Assembly (NCBI GenBank): GCA_964016885.1
Contig: OZ024746.1
Coordinates: forward strand, 8,494,001 to 8,558,000
Direction of reading: 5' to 3'
DNA: 64,000 bases
DNA from: Eledone cirrhosa
Lineage: Eukaryota
This document shows, piece after piece, positions 47,831 through 61,234 of this stretch. Position 1 is the first letter of the stretch. Each line of letters starts with the position of its first letter. The notes under the pieces are model-generated. The model ran no database searches, was not told where the DNA came from, and saw only the letters and a program-made list of their open reading frames with translations. Position numbers and translations under genes: made by a program.

Positions 47831-48064
47831 TGTGGGATGGGAAAGACAATTAAATAAAAAAAAAAGGTGACGAGAAATCTCATTCATGAGAAAACACATA
47901 CTCACACACATACATACATATAAATATATGCATACATACATATGCATACAAACATATGCATACATACATATGCATACATACATATGCATACATACATATG
48001 CATACATACATATGCATACATACATATGCATACATACGCAGATAGATAGACACACACACACACG

Positions 48065-48131
<67 letters not shown>

Positions 48132-48741
48132 ATATATACACACACACACACATACAAACATACGCACATTCACCTATATGTATATTGAAGTAACCGCACA
48201 GATATTCTATATCTTCTCCGAAAACGAGCGTCTTTCTGCTTCATAAGCTTTCATAAGATATATATATGGTCACATGATCGGAACAGATTAACAAGGAAGG
48301 CCGCAAGGAAGGTCGCAAGAGAATGTTGCTCTTTATATTCATGGTGGGTTTAAAACCAAAGATATATGGATGCAGCAGCAACATCAAGAACACACATTCG
48401 TTCAATTTTTTTTAAAATTGGGTGCATAAAAACAGTAAAACTCTTATGGCTCTCTTTAATATTTCGTTGGTGATGTACCACGTGGCTGCATAGTTTTATG
48501 AACGCTTGAGTTCCAGAAACACGTTTGAAGATGGAAAATATACTTGCGGTTATTTCAATAAACACACACAGATGCATACACACACTCACACACACACACA
48601 GGCGCACACAGAGACGGATAGGCACACAAACACATATACAGACACACAGACATACAGGCATCCCCCCCACACACACATACACCCACATGTGTATGTACAG
48701 GGTGTGTCAAATATACATGCAGTTATTTCAATAAACATAGT

Positions 48742-48855
<114 letters not shown>

Positions 48856-49091
48856 CATGTGTATGTACAGGGTGAGTAAAATGTAGCGGCCATACATATG
48901 TATGTATATGCTGAACATTTATAAAATAATTGTTTCTACTTTAGGCACAAGGCCAGCAATTACCCAGTGCATTACTGGATAAAATAATAAAACCAAAAGA
49001 CATACATACTTATATATATGGGCGTTCCATTTGATTCACTCTGTATGTATGTATGTATGTATGTATGTATGTATGATGTAATTTTATGTAT

Positions 49092-49597
49092 GTTCTTCTG
49101 GTTTTATAATTTAACAAATGTTTGCCAATAGAGAGAGAGAGAGAGAGAGAGAGCGAGTCGGTTTCTAACATAGACACAAGACTCTCTCATTAGAATTTAC
49201 ACAACATCAACTAGGTAGATATGTATGTATGCATGCATGTGTAGATATGGATGTTAATGTATGTGTGGATGTGGATGTTTTGAGTTGTATGTGTGCATGT
49301 GTATAAGCATTGTAGCTGTACAAGTGTATATGCAGTTATTAGATGCAAAATGTTTGAAATGTTTTACATATTTCTACTGTTCCATTAATGGATTGTACTT
49401 GTAATTTCCTAACTAGTTGTGTTCTTTCTGTTCCTGTGAAGCCTAGCTTCTCAAGATTTGTATTGAGGCAGTTACTAACATATCCCAGTGCCCCAATAAT
49501 CACAGGCATAAATCCGAATGTATAATCAGGGTGGAGTATCTGCAGATTTTTCATTAGTTCTGCATAAACATTCTCATTTTCGCTAATCTTTGATATT
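49092..49597 (-). mobile_element. R4/Dong-like family 2, 3' fragment with REL C-terminus
   Basis: ORF 49339-49554 LQILHPDYTFGFMPVIIGALG..ICKTF is paralogous to family 1 LQIQYPRYTFSFIPIIIGATG..ICKTF. Confidence 0.8.
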
Positions 49598-49635
49598 ATG
49601 TATGTATGTATATATGTATGTATGTATATATTTAT

Positions 49636-50241
49636 GTCAGGTCACCAGTTGGTGCTACTGGTAACATGTATCCCAGTACAACCTGACCCATGGTCGGGTC
49701 GTTGGCGACTAAACTGGCAACCCCACCAAGGTTTCTTGGTGAGGAGGGTGACTTTGGACATCCTGCAGGACTAAAAACAAAACCTGTCAAAGGGCAAAGG
49801 AGCTCTTAAGAGTCAATGGCCATCCAAAATCACCGGGAGAGATGACCCTTTAGCCTTTGTCAAGGCAGAATTCTAGGAGATGGAAAACTCTGATATAACA
49901 CCTGCAACCCTGATGGTATCCAATGATGTTGACTTGTTCTTCTTTTTGGTAAATATCATCTTGGTTAAGAGAGTGGGACTGGCTTTGTGCAGTGCCTTTG
50001 CTCACTATAAAAGCTTCACGGCACAGGCATTGCTTTATATCTGGAGATCTCTCTGCACTTGTCGTCACAGGGTACCATGGGCCCAGCACTATGTGTCAAT
50101 ATTTGTCACAAGTGTAGTGTTTGTACCAGAGTTTTCAAGTCGCTGGCTGGACTAAAAAGTCACTCGTTCAGCGCATCGGTAGGGGTTCTCCTATATGGAT
50201 ATAAAGTAGTGGCCGTACTCGAAAACGAGTTGGCAGCCACC
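49636..50241 (+). mobile_element. Apparently full-length family A element (~605 bp)
   Basis: See the other family A copies. Confidence 0.8.
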
Positions 50242-50286
50242 ATGTATGTATATATGTATGTGTGTTTATATGTATGTATGTATATG

Positions 50287-53048
50287 TCTCTCTTTCTCTT
50301 AATTTCGAGGATATTTTTGACCGGCCACCTTCCTGGTGGCAAGGTTGTAAAAGAAAAGAAATTGTCATCCATTGAATTCCAAGAATGTTTTGCAAATTTT
50401 GAAGGTGCCAGCTATCGGAGCCATTTGTAGACTATGATTTAGGGAGCTGCGCTCTTTGTCCGTAAATCCAAGTTCAGTTATACATTGGTCCAAGCGCGTT
50501 GGTATATAACCCGTAGCTCCAATAATGATGGGTATGAAGCTAAAGGTGTATCTTGGATACTGGATTTGTAAACTCCTCATCAATGGTCCGTAGATGTCCT
50601 CCTTCTCCTGTATTTTTCTGACAACGTTTACATCAAGTGGGCAGCTGATCTCTACAACAGAACACGTTTTCAATGTGTGGTCCCAAACAACAATATCAGG
50701 CCGGTTGTGCTTTAATTTGGTGGCAGTTTTTATTTTCAGGTTCCACCAGTATTCTTTGGTGCCATCTGTCTGAATATATTCTTCCTCGTTTGTTTTTGAT
50801 TTTGTTTTCCGAAGTGCGTTCCAGATGGTTCTAGTTATCCCATCGTGTCTCATGGGGAGGTAGTAGCGAGATGACATTCTTTCGCAGTGGGTAACAATGT
50901 GGCTTACAGCTTCGATCTTTGTTTTACATAGCCTACATTTATTGTCAGCTGATGGCCCTCCTCTTTTGTGCAGCAGATATTTGGTAGGGAGTTCTTGTTC
51001 TTGTATTGCATAGAGATATCCCTCAAGGTGTGATGTCATAAACTTGCCGGAACTCCATGCCAGGCTTTTTGAGTGGTTTATCCCCTTTATGGTCTGTGTT
51101 TTACATCTCAAGTATCCATGCATAACCTTTTCTGTAAATTGGTCAATTTTTTCTTCTTGTTTGAACATTGAATAGGATCTTCCAATTTCTCTGGGGAAGA
51201 GATTTATATCAGGCTTTATTCCATATCTTTCCTCCAGATCAGTGGCTATCCTAATGATATTTTTTTCTTCATGTTCATAAACCTGGGCAAGATGGTTGCC
51301 AACCGTTTTCCTCTATTGAAGGTGTTGCTTCAGTGTTACTATCCGCGTCTCATATGATGTTAATATGGATTTTAGAACCCGGCCACCTTCCTTGCGAAAG
51401 AAGTATAGCCTATCCACATCACCATTGATGTTAAAGTTCCCAGTAACACTGAGAAGTTTGCGGGTTCTAACATCCATCTCACTTAGTTTTTGCAATGACC
51501 AGTTCAGCAGGCCAAATGTTGGCGTTAGAATTGGCAGAGCATAAGTATTGTGGGCAATGTATTTGTTGTACGCTGACAGTTCTGATGACCATATTTTCTT
51601 TACTCTTCTGAGGTATTCAGTTCTGGTTTTCTCCTTATTTATGGGTCTATCATATCTGACATTCTCATCTTGTCCAAGATATCTGTAGTTGTCACCTGAC
51701 TGTAGAGGTTGTATTGTCAGGCCGTTCATCTCTAGATTTTTAGAGGAGGGCACAACCCTTCCAAGTTTTACTGCCAAATATGCACACCTGGACTCACCAA
51801 ATTTCATTTTGATGGCTGTTGAAAATTGTGTAATGAGGTCCAATTGTTTCTTGATGTCGTTAATATTTGGCCCATACAACTTCAGGTCATCAACAAAGAA
51901 AGATGGAAGATACTTCTGGACCCACTTCTTTGTCCACCTTGTTTCCTGAGTAGGTAAGATAGTGGATTTAGTGAGAGAACGAAAAGTAGCACTGACAAGC
52001 TATCACCCTGAAAGATGCCCTTCTGGTAATGTATCTTATCAGTCTTAACCTGCTCCTTCTCACCTTTAAGGATCAAGTTGGTGTACCAGTTTTTGGTCAG
52101 ACGTTCAACAGCAGCTACCAGTGGTTGTGGGACTTTGGCTAACTGTAAAGCCTTAACAATCCACCCATGAAGTACACTATCAAATGCTTTTTGATAGTCC
52201 AGCCACACCACAGTCATGTTTCTGCTATTCTTTGTTGTTTTTTCTTGAATCATTTTATTTGTTAGTAGGTGATCTATGCAACCCCACACCTCCCTCTTTC
52301 CACCAGCTTGCTCAGGTGTTATAATGTTGTTGGTAGCACAATGATCCTGTAAGAACAGGTTAAGGCACTCAGTATATAATTAATACATGATGTTTTGGCA
52401 GGCTATTGGGCGGTAATTTTTAGCAAGGGCGGTTTGGCTATTTTTGGGAATGATGAGAATAGTGGCAGTTGATAACCATTTCGGTAGTTCTTGTGTGCCT
52501 TTAATGGTTTCTGTAAACAGCCGTATGAGATCTTGCCGATAGAAAGTGAAATTCTTCAACCAGTATCCTGTTATAAGGTCTGGGCCTGGTGATTTCCTAT
52601 TCGACATTTTCTGTAGAGCTGTTTCCAGTATTGACCCATCTATGTCATATTGTTTTGTCTGGATATGTTGGCAGTAGTCCTGTTTCAGTTCTTTTAGCCA
52701 TTTAGTTTGTTTGTTGAATCCTTCATCCGTTTCCCATACAGATCTCCAGTAGCTCTCAACCTGTTCTTTTGAAGGGTGTCATTTACAGAGATTGAGCTTT
52801 TGCCACTGAAGCTGCAATAAATTGATTTAGGATCTCTGGCAAACAATCTATTTAGCACTTGTCGTTTATGTGCTGTTGACTTATATTTTAGTCTTTCTGT
52901 TGTAGCTGTGAGTTGTTGTTTCAACTGGTGTAATTTGGAGTTTAAAGTTTTAAATTTTGTATCTCCAGATCGTCTCTCTAATTTTTTTCTTACGTCTTCC
53001 TGGTGTCGTGTGAAGTTGCTCTCTATGTTGCATTTCATAACGACTGCG
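50287..53048 (-). mobile_element. R4/Dong-clade non-LTR retrotransposon (family 1), 5'-truncated
   Basis: Single-ORF RT + CCHC + REL architecture, flanked by degenerate (TATG)n. Confidence 0.9.
50365..53038 (-). pseudogene. Frameshifted RT-REL polyprotein
   Basis: In order: LNRLFARDPKSIY; KSPGPD..NYRPIAC; DYQKAFDSV, QGDSLS; FVDDLKLY (about 51875-51897); YRYLG; CRLC..HIVTHC; RHD; RPDIVV..VVEISCP. Split over at least five ORF pieces. Confidence 0.9.
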
Positions 53049-53087
53049 TATATATGTATGTGTGTATATATGTATGTATGTTTATAT

Positions 53088-53552
53088 GTCGAGTACGGCC
53101 ACTACTTTATATCCATGTAGGAGAACCCTTACCGATGCGCTGAACGAGTGTGACTTTTTAGTCCAGCCAGCGACTTGAAAACTCTGGTACAAACACTACA
53201 CTAATATAACACCTGCAACCCTGATGGTATCCAATGATGTTGACTTGTTCTTCTTTTTGGTAAATATCATCTTGGTTAAGAGTGGGACTGGCTTTGTGCA
53301 GTGCCTTTGCTCACTATTAAAGCTTCACGGAACAGGCATTGCTTTGTATCTGGAGATCTCTCTGCACTTGTCGTCACATGGTACCATGGGCCCAGCACTA
53401 TGTGTCAATAATTGTCACAAGTGTAGTGTTTGTACCAGAGTTTTCAAGTCGCTGGCCGGACTGAAAAGTCACACTCGTTCAGCGCATCGGTAGGGGTTCT
53501 CCTACATGGATATAAAGTAGTGGCTGTACTCGAAAACGAGTTGGCAGCCACC
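53088..53552 (+). mobile_element. Family A copy (53203-53552) preceded by an inverted duplicate of its own 3' part (53088-53202)
   Basis: 53088-53202 is the reverse complement of about 53420-53533. Confidence 0.8.
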
Positions 53553-53847
53553 ATGTTTATATGTATGTATATATGTATATATGTATTAAAGGACTGGGTC
53601 TAAAAATATTTGTTGCCTGGAATAGACAAAGGGGACCCCACACAACTACAATACTTTCATTTAATTTTTATTTCGAATAAATAATTTTTTAAATATTTAA
53701 AACAAAAAACCTCTCTATTTCTGTGTGTGAAATTGACCGTAAAAATGTAAAATAAAAATACGGATTATAGTATATATTAAACATTTCTGACCTTCTCCAA
53801 TAAAAAGATATACGTCCACAAAATAGCAGTAATGAGAAACTCAAGAC

Positions 53848-54476
53848 AGCTTGCGAGGAGAGCGGGGTAAGGCCCAGCAAGGCCGAAGCAATCTATAGCC
53901 AAACACACGACGCTATAGCTTGTGAGGAGAGCGGGGTAAGGCCCATCAAGGCCGAAGCAATCTATAGCCAAACACACGACGCTATAGCATGTGAGGAGAG
54001 CGGGGTAAGGCCCAGCAAGGCCGAAGCAATCTATAGCCAAACACACGACGCTATAGCTTGTGAGGAGAGCGGGGTAAGGCCCAGCAAGGCCGAAGCAATC
54101 TATAGCCAAACACACGACGCTATAGCATGTGAGGAGAGCGGGGTAAGGCCCAGCAAGACCGAAGCAATCTATAGCCAAACACACGACGCTATAGCATGTG
54201 AGGAGAGCGGGGTAAGGCCCAGCAAGGCCGAAGCAATCTATAGCCAAACACACGACGCTATAGCTTGTGAGGAGAGCGGGGTAAGGCCCAGCAAGGCCGA
54301 AGCAATCTATAGCCAAACACACAACGCTATAGCATGTGAGGAGAGCGGGGTAAGGCCCAGCAAGGCCGAAGCAATCTATAGCCAAACACACGACGCTATA
54401 GCATGTGAGGAGAGCGGGGTAAGGCCCAGCAAGGCCGAAGCAATCTATAGCCAAACACATGACGCTATTACTTGTG
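53848..54476. repeat. GC-rich 69 bp tandem array, about 9 near-identical units
   Basis: Period 53855 to 53924; unit gaggagagcggggtaaggcccagcaaggccgaagcaatctatagccaaacacacgacgctatagc(t/a)tgt. Confidence 0.95.
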
Positions 54477-56178
54477 TAATCATTGTTTTGTTGCGTAGTG
54501 GCTGATGGCTGTGGTGTATATGTTATCGTGTAGAAATCAGGATGTATTTGCTTTCATTCAAACCACCATAATCCAAGTTTTATGTACCTACCATGTCCAA
54601 TTTATATTCTTCTTAGAATCAACCTTTCGTTAGGGAGAATGTTTCCAAAGCTCCCAAGTCATTTTTTGAAAAGGCAACATAGATCCATGACAGTAATTTC
54701 AAATAATCTAAGTCAGTTTTACACGAATATTTGTGATGTAGCAGAAAGAGAAACTGATAAATACATTCTCCGACTTGCGCAACTTTTGTTTCATTTTTCT
54801 TTATTCCAAATACGGGAGCTGATCTGACCTTTGATTTATAGAGGTATAAGAGACATAAAATTATTCCAGATGAATTTGGTTTTGAATACGAAATCCAGTT
54901 GCACTGTAGGCGCTCATAGTAATACATATTTGCTATATGAGGTTTTCAAAGAGGTTTATACAAAAGAAATTAATTATAACGAATCAAATAAAACAGAGGA
55001 CATTTCCGACAATTATATATATTTTTCCTGAAGACATTATTAACCCATCAACATTAATTATGGTAATTAATTATTGATATTTTCACTTCCTTAAACCAAT
55101 TAAATTCGTCCATATATAGCACTCTGAGAGCTTCAAGTATATTTCCATTTTTATGCTCTTCTCTAACGAATCTTCTTTAAAAGCCGAAGAATTGTACAAA
55201 TTCAGAAAGCTATTTTGAGGTCTAAGTTCCAGTTAAGAAGTAATCATTTTAATGTGGCAAAAATTATTGAAATAAAAATGTGTCTGGAGATGAGAACTTA
55301 ATTTTTTTAAAGTGTATTTATGTATACTAGCGACAACAAAGAAAGAAACAAGTCGTTGTCAGTTGTCATAGAAAATGTGAATGAGACTCAACTATTATTC
55401 TTGCATTCTCTCATAAAAGAAAGCTGATAGCTAATCGACTCAACACGGTAACATGATTACAGAATGCTCAATGACTCATAACTGTCCATAGCATTATTGT
55501 TTGTTCCCAGCTCAGTCCATCTTCCATTTAATAAGTTGTTATTGTTATTTAGCTGCATGTCCACCTTGATTAAGTAGATTTAAGAACTAATACGTTCTAG
55601 TTATGACCATTCTGTCTTTGGTTTTCAAACATTGTATGGAACTATCATATTGTATAAGATATATACGCATTCTATAGAATTCTTGGAATAAAATCATCTG
55701 TATTTATACGCAATATATTCTGTAATTTACCGAGTTTGGTTTTGTAGGAAACGCGTGAAAGGATCTTATTGCAACAAATATGATCCCTTATGACAATTGA
55801 CCAACTTTTAGTTCTTTGTTGTCAAATATTTATTCTCATTGCGCATCGAAAGTGTCCACCATCCTCGTTTTGATTCAGTATTGTTCAGAGCCTTTCTATT
55901 TTGTACCTTGTTAATCCGCCATTATGGAGACAACTGTTTCCAGTAAGCCTGGATATATATATATATATATATATATATAATAGCTTCATGACCGCCGTTT
56001 TCAGTTTGTTTGGCCTCTATAACGTATGTTAATTGCTCTGGTTTTCCTTTAGTCCATTGAGCGCTTGCCGCATATCTCGAAAATTGCGTTTCGCTTTGTT
56101 TTTGACCACAGCCGAAATGCGATCTCGCTGAAATTATATTTATATTTGTATACACACACACACACGCACGCACACACA

Positions 56179-56436
<258 letters not shown>

Positions 56437-58009
56437 TACAGACATATATATATATATACGTATATATATAACCAGAAACTTACTAAGGCAATACAGATAT
56501 CTGTAGCCGTTGGTTTAGTGAAGAGGAATATGGCAGATGTTATGCCCAGGATGTTTTGACAAGAAAAATATTCTCACAATAATCGGCAAGATGCTAAACG
56601 TAATATTAAACTACAAGCAATCAAAATTAAAAAAGGAAGTTTATAATATGATTCTGTCTTCACGATTATGATAAAGAATGTAGAAACGGTCGAAATATTT
56701 TGGTCGCCATCATGAATGTCTAGGACGATTTCTGTCTATTATGCACAGCACTGGCTTCATGCCAGATAGCAGTTTTCTCTGTACAAGCAGCTTTTACTGG
56801 AATTGGAAAACATCTCGATGGATAAATAAATCTCACTCAGTTCAGGTGTCACACAATAAACTACAGAAACTGGGTTGGGTTTGGTAAGGGAAGTTATAAG
56901 AGTCTTACCAAGAAAATATATTATGCAATCCAAAATGTCATTCAAGTTCAGATTACTACAATAAATAGAAAAATTAAAAGTGTAATATTTATTTAGTTTA
57001 GTTTTCATTTATAAGATTTTATCCAGTCTATTGTCTATGACCATGGCAACGATAAAAACATATGACATGTGGTTTCATGTCCTACAGGATGTTAAGAGTT
57101 AATGTGATGTAGTCATAGTGTTGTTTTGTACTTTTTAAGAATATTTTGCTAATGTGGCTTCATGTGGTACAGGATGTTAAGAGTTAATGTGATGCAGTCA
57201 TAGGGTAAGAAAATGGGGGTCCATGCGCTGGCCGCTCCACGGCCCCGGAGGATAGAATAGAGAGGGCGTTTTCACGGAGGATGGTGAGGGAGACGCATTG
57301 GAAGAGCCAATCCAGGTCTCGAGGCTCACACCCACGGGTAGCCAACATGCAGAATCCCTAGCACTAGTTACAGACCTTTATGTTTTGAGTTTCAAAGCCA
57401 CAGAGGCCAAATTGTCTTTCGCGTTTTCTAGTACTATAAAGTAAAGAAAGAGTGAAATATTGGTCTCGATATAATTAACTATCGATCTCCACCAAAAGTA
57501 CATGGCACTGGGCCTCTGCTAGAAACTGATATTTCCCTTTTATTTAGGTCAGCGAGAGATTAGTAGATTTGGTAGAGTTATCTCTCTTTAAATTCTGATT
57601 TCGAATGCCAATAGGGCCAACAATTCTTTGTTTGAGCCGATAAAATGAGTGTTTCTATTTTTGACACAAGGCCAGCAATTACCCCAGTACATTACTGGTA
57701 CTTTATTTTATCGATCGCGTAAGGATGAAAGGCAAAGTTAACCTCGTCGGGATTTGAACTCAGATCATAAAGGGCAGTAACTCTTTGCTTATAAAGCATA
57801 GCGTCAGACCCTCTACCGATACTAAGTGCAAGTAAAATAGTGAGATCTACCACAACCATCTACCATGACTCGCGCACCAAATGTCGGGCTTTGTACTTAT
57901 TCTCTTCTTATCGTTATTTCCACTTGCAGCAGAGTACGAAACGTCACGAACGTATTTCAATTTGTATTTGAAATTATTCATAATCCTACTCAGGGTCTAC
58001 CCCCTTATT

Positions 58010-58350
58010 TCGGAGAATGTGGTCGGGGCAGAGTTTCCAGACATTCATTCCAGCGGGTCCTGTTAGAAGCAACCGTCTCTAACTGATCCGGCTGGATCAC
58101 AAGCGAGACCAGCCAAGCTCAAGGATGTTATCCAACCATCTAGCTCGAAGTCTATCCCTGGATCCCTTATCTGTTGGTTTTGCTCGTAAAATCTGTCCTG
58201 CGATTCTTTCCTGAAATTCTAACCACTTGTCCTTAACATCGGGGGTATGATCTCTCAACTCGGAGAAGTAGCAGCTCTACCTTGAGTGACTCTCTGATTT
58301 TCGAGCTACGCACTCTATCAAGTAACGTTACTCCAAAAACTCTTCGGCAA
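58010..58350 (-). mobile_element. RTE-clade LINE 3' fragment
   Basis: Translates in part as RRVFGVTLLDRVRSSKIRESLKVELLLLRVERS; homologous to 4985-5150. Confidence 0.65.
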
Positions 58351-58353
58351 CTA

Positions 58354-58737
58354 TCTATATATTAATACGCTTATACCTACGTACCGTACGGCCGACCGTG
58401 TGTGTCACGCTTTCAGTAATTACATAGTAATTTGTCTAGAGAATATGAGAAACAGAGTTCAACAGCGACGAAATGCCATAATTGAAGAGCAGCCTTTGAG
58501 CAAGGGCGATGGACAGTGTGAGAGTTAAGTGATACCTCAAAACGAATCCACTTATGTGTACTTTTATGAAATTAATTTTTAATAAACTTACATTATTATA
58601 CATAAAATAAAGGAAAATATAATTGTTTATTCATCAAAATACTGCAAATCAAACAACTTTGATTAACTGATAAATATTCATTGGACAATATTAAAATTAA
58701 AAAAATTATCCGTGAATTTTTTCACGGGTCCAGCTAG
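58354..58737 (+). mobile_element. Non-autonomous Helitron
   Basis: A|TCtatatat start, subterminal hairpin ccgtgaa-tttt-ttcacgg, and ...CTAG|T end. Confidence 0.7.
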
Positions 58738-59439
58738 TTTATATTAATTTCCTATTATTCTTGACTAAATATTTTATCGTGCTACGGTATATATTTTATA
58801 ATAATCTTCTAGTTTGAGAAGATCTCTACCACTCTTGGAAAATATAATCTGCCAGTGTCGGATTTGGTTTGGAATATTGTCATAATTGTCCTTGTTTTAC
58901 ACCCTAATCTTGCTTTTCACTTGGGATAGTAAGTACCAATGTAATGCGTCTCAAATATTCCTCTTATTTGTCTCTTGTACATTGTTCATTAATTATTAAG
59001 TATTTGTAAGTGATTCCAATCTCTTATTTCGGATTCTTCATATTGAATGTTATTGTTCTTTGATTAACTATTTTCCTTCAAGGTTGTCTTGTGGCATTAT
59101 CCAAACTGGAATGTCAGCAGAGTATTAGCGAGAAGCTCCAACATTGTGTCAATAAGAAGCGTCAGACAAACTTCTAAGCCATCGTTACAATACAATGGGA
59201 GCTGAACACATGTCACAATTAGCTGATATTTGAGGAGTTTAGTTAGTCACCTGGCTAGTTTAAAGATGACGAATAATGGAACCCAACCCGGAAGGATTTC
59301 TTCGACTTTACGTTTGTTAAAAAGGACAACATTAGACTAACAGAAGAATTTTAAAAAAAGGATCAAATCAACTAAGCTGGTCGGAAAGAAAACAATTTGG
59401 TAAAAGGAGAGCAAGAGTGGGAGAAGGATCGACCAACCG

Positions 59440-59640
59440 AGTGTTCGACTGATCCTTTATTTCATCGAGTCCGGAACTATAAAAGGCAAAGTTGACCTAG
59501 AAGAGATTTGAACTGGGAACCTATTGGAACTGAGATTTGAACTGAGATTTGAACTGAGATTTGAACTGAGATTTGAACTGAGATAAACGAAGTGCTTACA
59601 CTGTATTTTATCGGACGACCTAACGATTCTACCAATCCAC
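59440..59640 (-). mobile_element. S1-related SINE with a tandem 12 bp B-box repeat (gagatttgaact)n
   Basis: About five units at 59503-59583; the minus strand reads agttcaaatctc. Confidence 0.7.
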
Positions 59641-59899
59641 AGTCCTGACAGCCACAATAACAACAATAACAACAACAATAACATTTCATGTCGATTCCCT
59701 TTCGTTCCAATTTATATTTTTAGATTCCAACAGTATTCTGGAGCTCTCTAGACAGTAAGATGTAAATATAACAGTATCAATTAACCAATGAAAAACCATT
59801 CTTCATTCTAATGAAAAGAAAGAGGAAAAGAAAGGGAAAAAAAGAGAAGAAAGTAGAAATAAAAAATGTTACAAATATATGATCAAAAGTATTGACAAA

Positions 59900-59951
<52 letters not shown>

Positions 59952-60000
59952 GCTGCTACTGCTGCTACTACTACTACTACTACTACTACTACTGCTACTG

Positions 60001-60032
<32 letters not shown>

Positions 60033-60438
60033 GCTACTGCTATTATTACTACTACTACTACTGCTGCTGCTACTACTGCTACTGCTACTACTACTACTGC
60101 TACTGCTACTGCTGCTGCTACTACTGCTACTGCTACTGCCACTACTACTACTACTACTACTACTACTAGTAACTATAGTATAATAGTCATACATGTCATC
60201 ATCATCATTGTCATCATCATTAATATCTTTGTCATCGACGAAAAGAAGAAAACATAGAAGCAACAACATCAACAACAAAATGTCGTTATGTGTTTTTAGC
60301 GAAGTCCAGTTTGTCGCAAGTATTCGTCTCTTTCCACCAAGGTCAACTTTGCCTTACACCCTTTCAAGGTCGATGAAAACATTACCAGTTCAGTACTGGG
60401 ATCGATTCTCCCTCTATAAGTCTCGTTTACTTCTATAT

Positions 60439-60469
<31 letters not shown>

Positions 60470-60575
60470 ACACACACACACATACACACACACACACACA
60501 CACACAGGCATACACACACACACACATACCCCCCACACACACACAGGCAGACACACACACACACACACATACACA

Positions 60576-60618
<43 letters not shown>

Positions 60619-60797
60619 GCAGACACACACACACACACATACACACACACACACACATACACATACACACACATACAGACACACACACACACATACAGAC
60701 ACACACACATACAGACACATACACACATACAGACAGGCACACAGACACATATACAGACAGACAGGCACACACACACATATACAGACACACACATACA

Positions 60798-60852
<55 letters not shown>

Positions 60853-60929
60853 ACATACACACACACACACATATAGACAGACACACACACACATACATAC
60901 ATACACACACACACACACAGACAGACAGA

Positions 60930-60961
<32 letters not shown>

Positions 60962-60978
60962 GACAGACAGACACACAT

Positions 60979-61083
<105 letters not shown>

Positions 61084-61234
61084 CTCCCTCCGCCTCTGTC
61101 AGAGATGACCTGAAGCTAAACAAGACCAACAACAAAACAACAGTAACATTAACAACAGTTAGAATACGAACGGTGACCTCTTAGAATTAGCATAAACATT
61201 TGCCTCAAACCATTGCCTACCATTTTATAAAGAG

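Noticed and set aside
49636-49725. HDV-like ribozyme at the 5' end of family A
   Set aside because: Pairings exist (gtcaggt/acctgac, ccagt/actgg), but I could not fit them to the P1-P2-P3-P1.1-P4 order. A covariance-model search is needed.
54580-55300. Possible decayed hAT transposase on the minus strand (RMYLSVSLSATS)
   Set aside because: Only a faint resemblance to the hAT dimerisation motif, with many stops and no TIRs found.
56749-56883. Possible 135 nt host exon (cag...gtaagg, one open frame)
   Set aside because: No recognisable protein and no partner exons; it would need RNA-seq or homology support.
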